Shown here one piece after another: positions 1 to 13,502 of a stretch of 64,000 nt of DNA. The DNA comes from Octopus sinensis. Lineage: Eukaryota. Within the stretch, counting starts at the first letter, position 1; every line of letters starts with the position of its first letter. The stretch is taken from positions 111,910,001 through 111,974,000 of the forward strand of contig NC_042999.1 of NCBI RefSeq assembly GCF_006345805.1, in the 5' to 3' direction. Made by a program: the position numbers and the translations under genes. The notes under the pieces were generated by a model that saw only the letters and a list, made by a program, of their open reading frames with translations, did no database searches and was not told where the DNA came from.

Positions 1-60
1 GAAAAGATTCGACCAGTTCGCCACCTCCTTTCTACGAAAAGCTCATGATCTGGATTTTGT

Positions 61-180
61 GGAGAAGGGGTCAGTCGATCACATCAACCCCAGTATTCAA
101 CTGGTACTTATATTATCGACCCCGAAAGCGTGAAAGGCAAAGTCGCCCTCGGGAGTAACGATTCTGCCAGCTCGGTGCGG
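61..180 (-). mobile_element. tRNA-derived SINE family A, internally deleted copy
   Basis: Core gtcgatcacatcaaccccagt...atcgaccccgaaag.gtgaaaggcaaagtcg matches the other family A copies, joined directly to the head end aacgattctgccagctc. Confidence 0.65.
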
Positions 181-197
181 TAACTATTAAACCAGTT

Positions 198-395
198 ATA
201 ATAATAATAATGGTTTCAAATTTTGCCACAAGGGCAGCCATTTGGAGGGAGGGGATAAAAAGATTACATCGATTCCAGTATTTCACTGGTACTTAATTTA
301 TCGACCCCGAAAGGATGAAAGACAAAATCGACCTCGGCAGAATTTGAACGCAGAACAAGAAGACAGACGAAATACCGATAAGCACTTGGCCTGAC
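198..395 (-). mobile_element. SINE family A, tail type 2 (ttgtggcaaaatttgaaacca + (ATT)n)
   Basis: Family A core plus B-box-like gttcaaattc on the minus strand, ending in an (ATT)n tail at 198-210. Confidence 0.75.
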
Positions 396-775
396 GTTTG
401 CCACCAGGGCGAAGGTTATATTTTGGGCTACGGCAAATTAACCTCGTTCTTAAAGATAAATTATCCATTATCTTCATAATTGGTCATACCTCCGATCGTC
501 ATCAAATGTTTTATTCCTACCACACTAACAACTTCCTTTCAATACTGCTGGTATGTCTTGAGTCGATATTATAATTATTAATTACTAGATTAGTGTAAAC
601 AATTAAGTGCAATGTAAGAAATTGACTCGACCAAAATAAAATATATTGAGTACGCGTTTTATCGACTGTCAACACTAAACGGATGTCTGTATATAATATA
701 TAAGTGTATAATATATAAGTATGTATATACGCACACATATATGCATATATATAAATATATAATAAATATTTTATT

Positions 776-990
776 CTTTTATTTGTTTCAGTTATTTCAC
801 TGTGATCATGCTGGAGCACCGCCTTTTAGTCGAAGAAATAGACCGCAGAACTTATTCTTTGTAAGCCTGGTATTTATCCCATCGGTCTCTTTTGCCTAAC
901 CGCTATGCTACGGGGGCGCAAACACACCAACAACGTTTGTCAAGTGATGTAAGAGGAACAAACGCAGACACAGATACACATATACACATA
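776..990 (-). mobile_element. SINE family B, 3' half
   Basis: tgtttcagttatttcactgtgatcatgctggagcaccgcc...ttattctttgtaagcctggta matches the 3' half of the full copies at 25320, 39399 and 53776. Confidence 0.75.
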
Positions 991-1003
991 AATATATACA
1001 CAG

Positions 1004-1078
<75 letters not shown>

Positions 1079-1225
1079 GTGTATACATTTATGTGTATAT
1101 GTGTATTTGTGTCTGCGTTTGTTATATATATATATATATATTATATATATACATATATATATATATATATACATGCACACACATACATAAGTCTATATAT
1201 ATATACGTGTGTGTATGTATGTATG

Positions 1226-1259
<34 letters not shown>

Positions 1260-1628
1260 TGTATGTATGTATGTATATGTATGTATGTATTTAAACGTCT
1301 AGTTTTTATTTAATCAACCGTGAAAAGATGAAAGGCAAATTTATTCTCAGTTGGATTTAAATCTAAACATAAATGGACTTGATGAAATACCACAAATCAT
1401 TTACTCCACTATTTCACCATTTCTGCCATTCCATCAAATGTGTATTTCATTTCCTCTGGAGTAATTTAATTAAAGTTATTATATTCATGTATATCAGACA
1501 TTTAATTGCATTAGTAATGGACTAACTTATAAAGTTACACTTCAGATAAAATTTCAGCTACATTTCAGAGATTAGCAATAACACACACACACACACTCAT
1601 CACACATGTATCGCACACACACACACAT

Positions 1629-1691
<63 letters not shown>

Positions 1692-1866
1692 CATAGAGAG
1701 AGAGAGAGAGATCATACACACACACATATTTATATATGTATATAAATATATATACACGTACATACATGCATATAAATATGTATGTGTATATGTATGTGTG
1801 TATATATATACATATGTATGTCTGTACGTATGTATGCATGTATGTATGTATTTATGCATGTATGTA

Positions 1867-3034
1867 TGGGGTTGGCCAAAATGTCCGTTCAGTTTTTCTT
1901 AGCGAAAATAAGACACAGAGCGATCTATTCAATCGATGTTGTAATTACTGTTTAGTTCCAGTATTTACTACTATTCTGTGAACAGATCCATAATTCCTTG
2001 CTCAAGGAATTCCCTGTTATTTTGGGCCATAAACTCTTCCAGGTGAATCTTTGTATCCTCTTCAGAGTTGCAGGTATGTCCACTCAATGCATTTTGAAAA
2101 GACCGAAACGGGTAAAAATCTGAAAGCGCAAAGTTGGACGAATGCAGGTGCTACAAAACTTCCCAATCAAACCTCACTAACCTCTGTTCCGTCTGCAAAG
2201 TAGTGTGCTGTTTAGCGTTGTCCTCATGAAAACAAAATGCTCTTACTATTGGAAAGTGCCAGACACTTCAGGTGGATCGCTACATTTAATTTGTCCAGCT
2301 TGTCACAGTACACATCAGAATTGAAGATCCTGTCCGTGGAAAGAAGCTCGTAAAAGACAACACGATTCCAATCCCGCCAAATTGAAAGCATAATCTTCTT
2401 CCAGTAAATTTCTGCTTTGGAAACTGTTTGTGATGATGGTTCGCCACGCTTCCACAATGTTGCTATAGATGATCCATTTTCCCTTCTCTGTCAGCATTTT
2501 CACGTCTTTACAACGTCTTTACAACGAAGCACAGATAGAAAACCATTGACCGAAGTTAACCTCTTTCAATTGAATTAGGAAGCAAACATCTAGCTTGATA
2601 ATGTAACCAAGTTGATGCACACGATTTTTCATACTCGATTTCGTCATTCAGTTAATCTCAGATGGCGGCTGGATCGGGGACCGAAAAATTTCCTGATCGA
2701 AATCTTGAAAACCACTTTTGGCACATACGTTCCACAAAAGCACATTCTCCGTACACAGCGAATATCTTACAGCAGGTTACTACCGCTTTCTTGTCATTTT
2801 TTTTTAAATATAAAAGCATGAAGTGTCGATAACTTTTGTTTTGGTTCTAAATTTACAGTGATCCCAAGCACACAAAATTCAACCTGTCTCATCGCAAGTT
2901 CGCGGTGAACAACATTGAAGTATGAAGTACCTAAAGAGTTCGAATGCGCAAGGGACAACCAAAAACTAGTAACTTATTAGAATGCTTGAAGATTAGTGCC
3001 GATAAAAACCGAACGGACGCTTTGGCCAACCCAA
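1867..3034 (-). mobile_element. Decayed full-length mariner (DD34D-type) DNA transposon
   Basis: About 30-bp TIRs (tggggttggccaaaatgtccgttcagttttt / aaaaaccgaacggacgctttggccaacccaa) flanked by TA at 1865-66 and 3035-36. Minus-strand remnants GKWIIYSN, KIMLSIWRD..VVFYELL, YCDKLDKL, DNAKQH and SDFYPFRSFQNAL carry stops and frameshifts. Confidence 0.9.
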
Positions 3035-4040
3035 TATTGATATACATGCATGAATACATACACACACTTATACATACATAAATACATACATATACCTTTA
3101 TATATATATATATTATATATGTGCGTGTGTATGAAGTATGCATGTATATTTGTACTTATAACTAATTAGGGTGGTGAATTGTCAAAATCGTTAGGGTGTT
3201 GCGCAAAATGCTTTGCTCGTTTGTTCCAGGCTGTTTATGTTCCGAATTAAGATCCTACTAATATCAATATTACCAGTCAGTCTCCTGGAGACGGGGTCAA
3301 TGAAATAATAAAATGCCAGAGCAGAGCAGTGAATTAGCAGAAGGAACTTTTAGAGTATTAGATGAAATACTTTGTAGTAACATTATGTTTTCCGGCTTGT
3401 TGCATTGTGAGTCGCCGGTAATGTCACTGGTATCAAACTTGCTTTCTGTTGGAGAAAATTCGTGGCATGGACGGAAAAAAAGATGACTGCATAGGTAACA
3501 CATAATCTTCCATACGAAACACTTGTCTATGCCTGTGCTCTGACAGATTCGTCCCAGATACTCAGCTAAACCAAATATTCGGCTGTCCTTATCAACAGAG
3601 GCTGTTGATGTCACTAATTAATGTAGGATTTAATCTTTTGGTTAGCTGTATCCTAGAGCAAGAGACTTTATTTTCACATTGCGGCAGTCCAATCAGTTGG
3701 CAAGAATGAGTTTTACATGTAATTCAAAAGGTCAGCCATGTTACATTCTGTGCTATACTGAATCTTGTTGAGGACTGCGTTGAGAGTACGCGTGTTTGTG
3801 AGAAATCTCAGCCGCTTGCACGTAAATTTCACGTGCAGTCAGTTCGGTAGATCGAACAAACTGAAGAAACACTCGTTGTCGTAACGACGGAGTGGCAGGT
3901 CAATCTCTTTGTAACAGAAAATAACTTAGAAACTGTGAGTCATTCAGCATATATACATACATGAACGCGCACACACACACACACACACACACCACACACA
4001 CACATACATACATACATACATACATACATACATACATACA

Positions 4041-4071
<31 letters not shown>

Positions 4072-4098
4072 GTATATATATATATACATAAAGATATA

Positions 4099-4476
4099 TG
4101 TATTCTTTTGCTTGTTTTAGCCATTTGATTTCAGCTATGCTGGAGTATTGCCCTGAAGCGACTTAGTTGAACAAATCGACCCCAGGACTTATTTTTTAGT
4201 GTGTTTACGCCCCCGTAACTTAGCGGTTCGGCAAAATAAACCAATAGAATAAGTTATTCTATTGGTTTATTTTGCCGAATCGCTAAGTTACGGGGGCGTA
4301 AACACACCAACACCGGTTGTCATGCGGTGATGGGGGGACAAACACAGACACAAAGACACACATGGCTATAGGCATATACATACATATATACATGTACGTA
4401 TATATATATATATATATACGACGGTCTTATTTCAGTTTCCGTCTACCAAATCCACTCACAAGGCTTTGGTCGGCCT
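4099..4476 (-). mobile_element. SINE family B, 5'-truncated
   Basis: Tail, core and internal (TA/CA) microsatellite are collinear with the full copies, with an internal rearrangement near 4200-4270. Confidence 0.75.
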
Positions 4477-4489
4477 TTGTTTTTGGGGT

Positions 4490-4790
4490 TTTGTAAATGC
4501 ACCTGAATCTCAAAACGTGTAGTCGTTTTTAAATTTTGTATTAGATATATTCACAGACCAAACCGGTTTCGATAATTCTTTTGCTTATCAATAGTATAAA
4601 TATATAACTAAAAGATTTAAGAGAGCTGAAAGTGACAAGGTAAAAGTTGGACAAACATTTTAGCAGAATCAAATGTTCCAATCTTCATAGAAATTTTAGT
4701 GAGTTTCCTAGTGATAGATAGTAATATCAATGAAAATGTTTGGTGACGATCATAACAAACGCACATTATTGAAAGCTCAATCATATTGAG
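4490..4790. repeat. Interspersed repeat, homologous to 21150-21460 (possibly Penelope-like)
   Basis: Shared cctgaatctcaaaa...tagtcgtttttaaattttg...aaaccggtttcgataat...aaatgtt...gatcataacaaac at both loci. Family assignment is inference. Confidence 0.6.
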
Positions 4791-5754
4791 TTTTTATATA
4801 TAAAAAAAAAGTAGAGAGGAAAGAGAAGAAGGTGGAGAGGTTTTTTATAACTTCTGTCGTGGAGCGTGTAGTTGTTTCTTTTCAATTTCAGTCTCAATGC
4901 ACTGGTCTCTTCCCAGCTGTTGAAGTTCCGCCGGTTCTCGAAATTTATTTAACCCTCTGAACTCGGAAAGTAGATATATCCGCTCAAAATTTTATTACTG
5001 TTAAATGCGGAAAGGGATTTTACCATAACGGCTTTGAAAGAAACCTTTCCTTTTGCTGCAAAAAGCGGAAACATACCCACCAGTAACACTTTTTTTAAAA
5101 TGACAATTTTTCAGATTTTCTTAATCGTTTAACATATTTCATCAAATATCTCTTTCCAGAGCAAGAATCAAATACTTTTAAGGTTGGATATGAAAACCAT
5201 ACCTACAGGAGATACTGAAATAAATTTTTCGTTTGCTTTTGTTTCGTATTATTTTGATATTTGCATTTTATTTTTTGGTGAGTAATTAACATCATTACGG
5301 AAATGACCGCAAAATTTGATTAAGCACTCGAAAGATTTAAAACCATAAAACAATGTCATGAAAGTAACAAAATTATATTGATGTTTGTATAGTGTTGTAT
5401 AATATCATTTTAATTGATACTATCTACCATATTGTATATCGGAAACAACGTAATCCGATGAATTTATTATTTTATTTAGGACGGTACAATGTAATTGAGT
5501 GTAGATTGGTTGCTATTTCTACCAGTCATTCAAATCCCACAGGGCAAACGTCTTCTATTATAGGCTTCGGTCGAGCAATATCACGAATGTGAAATTTGGT
5601 AGACAGAAATTGAGCAATAGCCTGACATCACTTTATAAATACATATATAACGCGCAAGCGCGCGCGTGTGTATGTGTGTGTTGTGTATGTTGTGTGTAAG
5701 TGTGTGTGTGTTGTGTGTATGTGTGTGTGTTGCGCGCGCGCGTGTTCGGTGTTT

Positions 5755-5985
5755 CTTATGGATAAAGTCTAAAGAGCTAGAAACATCGATATTGGGAAAT
5801 CCGACAGAGGGTAGCACTGGGCAGATACGGTGTTTTCACACGTTTATTACCATAAGAGAGAATTTCTTTCTCCACGGAATCTGCAGTGAATTTGCCTTTA
5901 GCCGTTGAAATATGTCACAAACATATTTTAACTAATCTAAAGTTCGCTTTTGCCTAAACACTGCTTGGCGATGATATGACTATAA
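5755..5985. repeat. Interspersed repeat, inverted homolog of 57712-57950 (TA-CAGTAG end suggests a Tc1/pogo-type MITE)
   Basis: tgcagtgaatttgcctttag..gtt.aaatatgtcacaaacatattttaac is present in opposite orientation at both loci. Confidence 0.65.
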
Positions 5986-6060
5986 TTATCACGACCTTGC
6001 GGCCTACTGGAGCAAATCAGTCAATGTTGTTGACTATATCTTAGTTAAAGCCACAGCTTT

Positions 6061-6274
6061 AATCGTTAGCACACTGGGCGAAATGCTTTGCGGTATTTCG
6101 TCCGCCGCTGCGTTCTGAGTTCAAATTCCGCCGAGGTCGACTTTGCCTTTCATTCTTTTGGGGTCGATAAATTAAGCACCAGTTACGCACTGGGGTCGAT
6201 GTAATCGACTTAATACCTATGTCTGTCCTTGTTTGTCCCCTCTATGTTTAGCCCGTTGTGGGTAGTAAAGAAAC
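6061..6274 (+). mobile_element. SINE family A, tail type 1 (Tx1-like tail)
   Basis: Head remnant with B-box gagttcaaattc, the family core, and tail tgtcccctctatgtttagcccgttgtgggtagtaaagaaac. Confidence 0.85.
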
Positions 6275-6689
6275 AGCTGTAAGATATAGTGTATATTTAT
6301 ATCTATTTATATTTATTCATTTATATCCTCTTATAATGATTGTTCTTATTGTATTGTATTACTCATTCATGTACGCTGTTTTGTTATATATTTTTACGTT
6401 TAACCTTAATGTTCTTATGTAGTGGTTTAATAAAGTATGTGATTGGGTATTATCTGGTAGTTGATTAATGATTTAGATGTATTTCTCCATTTTCTTATTT
6501 TGTATATATATATATATAACGGGAAGCTTTATGAAAATAGACAAAAGACGAAGGCAGGTGGAAAACATATGTATGTATATATGGAGTGAGAGATACATAC
6601 ATACATACATACATACATACATACATACATACATACATACATACATACATACATACATACATCATACGTAACGCCAAAACAACTGGATT

Positions 6690-7065
6690 AATATTACCTC
6701 AAGATCTGAATGTGAAATGCTCAGCATGGCAAAAAACGACTACGCATGGGTATGTTTTCTGAAGACTTGAAGTGCAGCCTCTCTTTGACTGGTGACTGCT
6801 ACATCATATCACACTTCGAAGGCTCCGCATTTGTAATCCATGATTACTTCAAAAGTGAGATTACTACAAAACAACTAGTAAACGAATCAGACAGTGAAAC
6901 CCTTGGTGTCCCGAAATGCAACCAAAAACGTAGATTATGTCATATTTTTGAAGAAGACATCACACACGTGATTAACAACTGCCTAAAAATTTCATCAAGA
7001 TATTACCTCCTTATGCGACACGACGTTATCGCAAAAGCAATATACAATGCCATTCAAAAACAAAC
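6690..7065 (+). pseudogene. R4/Dong-like (RLE-type) non-LTR retrotransposon C-terminal fragment
   Basis: ORF 6746-7228 contains EGSAFVIHDYFKSEITTK and RRLCHIFEEDITHVINNC.KISSRYYLLMRHDVIAKAIY, a decayed C-X2-C-X8-H-X4-C knuckle plus the RHD motif. The rest of the ORF is (CT)n. Confidence 0.7.
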
Positions 7066-7295
7066 TGTCCTCTCTCTCCCTGTCTGTCTATCCCCCTCTC
7101 TTTATTTCTCTCCCTCTTTCTCTCTCTCTCTCTTTCTTCCTCCTTTTTCCAATGTTTTTCATTTCTCTGACATAGAACATTTAGTCTCAAACGTAACATA
7201 TGCTTTAACCTTCCCCATTTCATCCTAAAACTAATACGTATCATCTTTGAATGTCCGTGATTCTCAAGCAATAGCGGCATTGAAGTAACTGTAAA

Positions 7296-7685
7296 TCTCT
7301 CTCTATATAAAGCTGAAGTTGTCTGTGTAAGGCAGGTTTGATAGCTTTCAACTAACACTATCTCCTCCGAGACCCTGCAGCGCAAGTTGACCAAAATTGA
7401 AAGTATGATAGAAGGCTTGCTCTTCCTTCCGTAGAAGAAAAAATTCAAATCGGATCATGTTAACACCAAAAATTATTTACATCAAAAAGGTGCTTTTTTT
7501 CTATGAAAATCCCTATATTTTACGATTTTTTTTACTGCTGTGTCACTATTTTTCGGTGTATTTCAACCAGAAAAATATTCACTTAAAGAGAATAACAAGC
7601 TACATAATGCGAAATTTTTACTTTTCAAAAATTCCAATTCTAAGGGGTCGAAACAAACCCGAGCAACGCCGGGCGATACTGCTAG
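7296..7685 (+). mobile_element. Non-autonomous Helitron
   Basis: Starts with TC after an A (a|tctctctctatataaagc), has the 3' hairpin cccgagcaacgccggg, ends in CTAG followed by T, and has no TSD. Confidence 0.85.
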
Positions 7686-8040
7686 TTAAGTATAAAACTC
7701 ACCACCGAGGAGTCTGGCTCCTCATTCAAAGGGAAAACTGGGAGTTCAAGTCACATATTAACCTCAAAAATATGGATAAACTTCCATTCAACTAGCCTGT
7801 AAGATGAAGATTTAAACCTCTTTTTATATGAAATTCAATCCAGTTTGTACATACGTTAATAATACAAACTTTTTCGAATTGTTTGGAGTATATAAATAGT
7901 ATATATGCATTGGTGCATATGTGTATATATATGTATACAGAGATGTGCGTGCGTGTGAGTAAATACAAATGTATGTGTGTGTATGTGTGTATGTGAGGGG
8001 TGATTAATGAGAGATGGAAGATGGAAGTCACGAGTGCCTT

Positions 8041-8210
8041 TACTAATCACTACAGTTGTTTCGATCCATCTAGCATCGTTCCCTCGCGGACGGGATACTG
8101 TACAACTGGTTTAGGTGTTTCCCTCGATGAAGATGTGTCTACTTAGATGATTTCAAGAGATATATCGTTAAGATAAATTAGATAGGTCAAAACAGTTGTA
8201 GTGATTAATA
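8041..8210. repeat. Small fold-back with 32-bp inverted ends carrying hammerhead 3'-half remnants
   Basis: tactaatcactacagttgtttcgatccatcta (8041-8072) is the near reverse complement of tagataggtcaaaacagttgtagtgattaata (8179-8210). Confidence 0.6.
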
Positions 8211-8680
8211 AAGTTTCTCGTATCTTCCAGCTTCAGTCTCTCATTATTCAAATGCCCAAACGAACACTGAGCCAGAGAACGTGCTTTGGCTGCAAACTAC
8301 CAGATGTACCCCATACGATTTATTAACTAATAATATTTATATAATAATTACCGTCACTTAAACATGGCTGTTCCGTAGCAACCGACGTTACTGCCATTTT
8401 CAACCCCAGGAGGCCACCGCTTCCAGCTTCTTGCAGTCTGCCCCCGATATTTATTGCAAGCAGGTGATTGAAGCCCTATAATCTTCCAGCCACGAGACCA
8501 CTGGACCGTATGGTTTATACATATATATGTATATATATATATATATATATTTATAATAGGATTAGCTCGTATACGAGTAGGTATATATTTGTAAAAAATG
8601 AATGAACTGAAACATGTTATAATGTATATATAAAAATTAAAAATTGTATAATACAGCAGCATTTTCGAACTTCATTTTTT

Positions 8681-8719
<39 letters not shown>

Positions 8720-8724
<5 letters not shown>

Positions 8725-8880
8725 GAAATTTACAGAAAAACAAAAGACTAAGACAGGTATATGAACAACAAGCAGGTGCATTAGTTTGGCGCTCGGGAAA
8801 ATAAGAAAGTCTTTTACGTTTCGAGCCTACGCTCTTCAACAGAAAGGATTATGAGGAAATAAACAGAGAGAACAGCAACT
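8720..8880 (-). mobile_element. Penelope-like terminal repeat (family E); other copies at 6490-6575(-), 15415-15615(+), 35525-35715(+)
   Basis: Shared ctttctgttgaagagcgtaggctcgaaacgtaaaagactt...ctgagcgcca.actaatac...cc.gtcttcgtcttttgtt next to (TA)n. PLE origin is inferred from the hammerhead motif. Confidence 0.6.
8811..8846 (-). ncRNA. Minimal type I hammerhead-like motif, CUGUUGA core variant
   Basis: CUUU-CUGUUGA-A-GAGC(GUAG)GCUC-GAAA-CG-UA/AAAG: stem I 4 bp, stem II 4 bp, palindromic ACGU in place of stem III. Confidence 0.55.
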
Positions 8881-8896
8881 GCAGTGATATATTTAC

Positions 8897-8968
<72 letters not shown>

Positions 8969-9385
8969 TGTATCAACCAGACTATCGGATGCTGTTATAC
9001 GTCACTGGTCAAATTGTGCTTCCTCGCATTGTTGCAGCTTTCGAATGATTTTTTCCCCTATATCATTGGCTCGGCGCGGAACCGGGAAGAGTGGTACTGC
9101 TGAGGAGACTAGAACAATGTAAAATGAAGTAGAGCTTTGGTCAAGAATTCGTGCCGCCGGTCTTGGAACCGAAACCATAATCTTGAGATTGTAAGTGCAG
9201 TGAAACACTCTAATCACTAAGGACCACGCGTCTTTACACAAACATGCAAACACACGCGCGCACACATACAAATACGCAGAAAGTCAGATGCGTATAAAAA
9301 TATATATATATTCCATTTTCTGTATATATATATATATAATATATATATATATAAAGAGAAAAGGAGACAGACTGACAGATGCGTG

Positions 9386-9423
<38 letters not shown>

Positions 9424-9445
9424 ATTTTCTGTATGTATATATATT

Positions 9446-9497
<52 letters not shown>

Positions 9498-9571
9498 CAT
9501 TTACATCCATACACACACACTCACACATACATACATGCATGCATGCATACATACATACATACATACATACA

Positions 9572-9602
<31 letters not shown>

Positions 9603-9812
9603 TGGTGCAAGAGAGAGAGAGAGATAGAAGATAGAAATTGCTTTGCACTACTGGTGTCATGTCTTATCGCGTTATTCATTGTACACAATAATTAAAACAT
9701 AATACAATAAACAACATTGAATAGGAGGAAAGGACATAAGAGAAATGTAGTAAGTTAAAGTAATGTGTTAATATTATTTGTCTGTGTACATATGTATACA
9801 TATACGTAGGTG

Positions 9813-9845
<33 letters not shown>

Positions 9846-10746
9846 ACGAAAGCATAAGTCTATTGTCTATAAATCTTTTGTTTGTGTTTTCAACTATATG
9901 GCATTGTGTTTTTTTAATAATACCCTTTAGTCTGATGAATAATCACATCATTAGCAATGTTTGTCGTTGCAATGTTTACATTATGTTATCTTACAAGACA
10001 CACAGACATATCTTTCATTTATATCCAAAATGAAATAAAAGAAATCAAGCTAAATCCAAAGTAGTGGACAGATAGTTAAAATTGTTGTTTAGAGCTACAG
10101 AGCCGTTCTCATTGAGCAAACACCTATGATCAAACGGATTCCAGCCATGACCAACCAGTCTTTTGTCAGCTGCCGTCCATTCATACAACGACATAGAATG
10201 TGAGTCACCTGGGGCAACCCTTGTGTTTGTCACCCCTCTCCACTGCTCTGCCCTTGATACAATTTTATACAATACAGCAAACCCAAAAGAGGTGCCTCCA
10301 GAAAAGCGTCGAGCCCCTAGCTATGCCACTGCATTCATAACTATGTTATCCAATGTGTCACTCATTTCTGATTAAAGGGAATATGGCCATATTCGTAGTG
10401 AGTTGTGTGACCGCGTACAGACTACACCCCACCCAGCAGAGCTATATTTAGACTTTATGAAGCCGGAAACTATATGAAATTTAAAGGTCCTTGTTAAGCA
10501 ATATTATATCATAAGATATCAACAAAAAAAAAAGACTTAAGATATATGCCTTTCTAACTATCAGGCGGACTTTGCATACTGTAAGGCCCTGAAATGTAGC
10601 TTCTTCAAAATCCTTTTTGTTGACTTTGTCGAGTAGTAGTTTCTTTTTGTCGTTTTGTTCAACCCTGTTACTTGATTCTTGGGTGCCTTCAGGAATAAAA
10701 TGCTATAAGTATTTCTCCAAGCTAAGTCTCCCATCTAAGTGTAACC

Positions 10747-10977
10747 TATTTCATTATTACCCACAAGGGGCTAAACACAGAGGGAACAAACAAGGACATA
10801 CATAGGTATTAAGTCGATTACATCGACCCCAGTGCGTAACTGCTACTTAATTTATTGACCCCGAAAGGATGAAAGGCAAAGTCGACCTCGGCGGAATTTG
10901 AACTCAGAACGTAACGCAGACGAAATACCGCTAAGCATTTCGCCCGGCGTGCTAACGTTTCTGCAAGCACACTGCCT
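10747..10977 (-). mobile_element. SINE family A, near full length, tail type 1 (Tx1-like tail)
   Basis: Minus strand reads head ggcagtgtgcttgcagaaacgttagc, B-box gagttcaaattcc, core, and tail tgttccctctgtgtttagccccttgtgggtaataatgaaat. Confidence 0.9.
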
Positions 10978-11779
10978 TCAGTCTAAGTGTAACCACCTCC
11001 TGCTAACCTTAAGGGCCCAGGGTAAATGTCTTGAGCACAGCCCTTTCACCGCTTACTGGTCCGATACCGCCTTCTCATGCCCTTAACTGTCTCGGAGGTT
11101 CTCAAAAGGGTTATAGGTTCTGTCCTTCTTCCTCTGACTAATCAGTTTGAAAAAATATTATCATTATCATCATCAGCACGAATATCATCATTCTCGATCT
11201 TCATCATCATAGCTATTTTCTATATTTCCATCGTTATCATCACTTTCGCGATAATCACTCCCACAACCACTGATGAGTCAGTGAAGAATCGTTCCGTGGT
11301 CAATCACTAATGCTGCTAGAAATAGCAGCCAAATGCCCTTGCATCAATATCGTCTTAAAAAAAAAGGAAGAACAAATTGGACGATGCCGTCCTCGATATA
11401 CAGACTTACAATACGGTCGCGGCTGGAACGCTTTTCACTATATTTGCTCAGTCAAGTACAACTCAGGGCTAAGCAACATCAACATTATCATCACCACCAC
11501 CACCACCACCTCCGCCTTTTCTCCTCCTCTTCCCCATCATCATCAGTAGCAGCAGCAGCATCTTAAACATCTATGAAAATGTACTGAATCAAATGCACAA
11601 ACATGCAAAATATACAGGATTAGATGAAGCTTGTTTTTTTCTTTCTTTTTACTTTATGCTCAGTCCAAAACCAGTAGATTGCTGCATTCATTTTACCGCC
11701 ATTAAAAATCTGTCGCCAAGCTATAATAATAATAATGATAATGATAATAATAATAATATAATAATAATAATAATAATAA

Positions 11780-11817
<38 letters not shown>

Positions 11818-12342
11818 TAATAATAATAATAAATCAAAGACGAGAGCAAACTTTAATAAACTCCTTGAAAAAATCAGGCAAAATAATATACAACTTAACA
11901 AATAGAAATACAAAAATAACAAAAATTCTTCCTTTCCTAGTGCTCAACCAAAAAGGATAGAAAAATGAAAACTGTAAAAGAGAAAGTGGACATAGTGGAG
12001 CCGAGACTAAAATTTATTAAAAGCTAAATAATTCCAGAAAAATCCCAAATAAAGTCACTGAAAAGTAATCGAAGGAGCGTTGTCGAACAATTTTCACTGC
12101 CATTACTGTATTTAATGGATGCAAGGAATGAGAAAGAAAGAATAATTTGAAAGAATAAAAGAAAGGAATATTAAAGTAAAACACAAGACAGAAACGCACA
12201 ACTATGTAAATGAATACATGTGCATTGCATGTGTATGTATGAATGCATGTGTACGTGTAGATGTATACAAACATACACACACATATATATACACATATTT
12301 TTACACACACACACACATACATATATACACATATGTATGTGG

Positions 12343-12381
<39 letters not shown>

Positions 12382-12430
12382 CATATTTATACTTATATAC
12401 ATATATACATATATGTATGCATGTATGTAC

Positions 12431-12845
12431 GCTCAGGCGTGGCTGTTGGGTAAGAAGATCGTTTCCGATAGATATGGTTTCGGGTTCAGCTCCTCAGCGC
12501 AGCAACCTAGGGGTTCTCTAAAACTGGTTCTCAACCGAGTTCTACATGGCCCTTGGGGGCCCGTATAAGATTTTGTTGTTAAAATTTATCTGCCATAAAT
12601 TGGTTATATTTCAACAATACAAAAATTATTTTAACCTGTTTTTTATACAACTGCTATTACCTTATAAATATATAAGAGGATTTTTTTTTAAGCAACGAAT
12701 GATTCTGGGGGTCCACCTAAGTAAAACAGTATGGGGGATCCATAAGTAAAAAAAAATGGTTGAGAACTGCTGCACTAAAGCCTCGGGTTAACCAAAGTTT
12801 TTGGAATTAGTATGGTTGACAAAAACTGAAACAAGATCGTCGTAT
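12431..12845 (+). mobile_element. Old SINE family B copy interrupted by a hAT MITE
   Basis: Head aggcgtggctgttgggtaagaag...cgggttcagc at 12435-12500; the SINE resumes as ctaaagcctcggg..accaaag after 12773. Confidence 0.6.
12522..12772. mobile_element. hAT (Charlie-like) MITE
   Basis: TIRs aactggttctcaacc / ggttgagaactgctg resemble CAGTGGTTCTCAACC, with a degenerate 8-bp TSD (ctctaaa. / cactaaag). Confidence 0.7.
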
Positions 12846-13176
12846 ATACATGTATAAATTTGGATATGTGTATGTGTCTGTGTGTGCATGTACGTTACGA
12901 TCTCCATGCCTTGGCATCACCTGATAGTTTAAGCGAATGTCAAAGTCATACAAGCAGTCTCCTTTGTTTCCAACTTTCCTTTACACGAGCACATATTGGG
13001 ACATGGAATGATATAATCTTACTTGGAAAAATGCGTAACTACTTTGGGAGGTTAAGCTGAGTGCTATCGTAACATGTAGTCACAATACAACCCATTGCAC
13101 ATGGTCAGGCAACATCACGATTCCTACTAGGTGAATAAGGTGGTTTGGAGGCAAAAGGCGGAGGTGTGTATATATG

Positions 13177-13492
13177 AAGGCACATGGCTCAGTGGTTAGA
13201 GCGTGAGGTTGTGAGTTCGAATCCCGGATCGGGCTGCATGTTGTGTTCCTGAGCAAGACACTTTTTTCACGCTGCTCCAGTTCACTCAGCTGTAGAAATG
13301 ATTTGCGACGTCACTGCGCCAAGCTGTATTGGCCCTTGCCTTTTCCTTGGATAACACTGGTGGCGTGGAGAGGGGAGGCCGGTATGCATGGGCGACTGCT
13401 GGTCTTCTATAAACAAACTTTCCCGGACCTGTGCCTCGGAGGGTAACTTTCTAGGTGCAATCCCATGGTCAATCATGACCGAAAGGAGTCTC
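13177..13492 (+). mobile_element. tRNA-derived SINE family C (CORE-like central domain); related pieces at 3690-3900, 9100-9232(-), 25745-25891(-), 48170-48285(-), 53220-53482(-)
   Basis: A-box tggctcagtgg and B-box gagttcgaatcc, followed by cctgagcaagacactt...tgctccagttcactcagctg. Confidence 0.8.
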
Positions 13493-13502
13493 AGCATATG
13501 TA

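Noticed and set aside
11268-11302. accaCTGATGAGTCagtGAAGAAT..TGGT as a hammerhead
   Set aside because: Needs at least two core/stem changes and the register at the cleavage site does not fit; it lies in low-complexity sequence.
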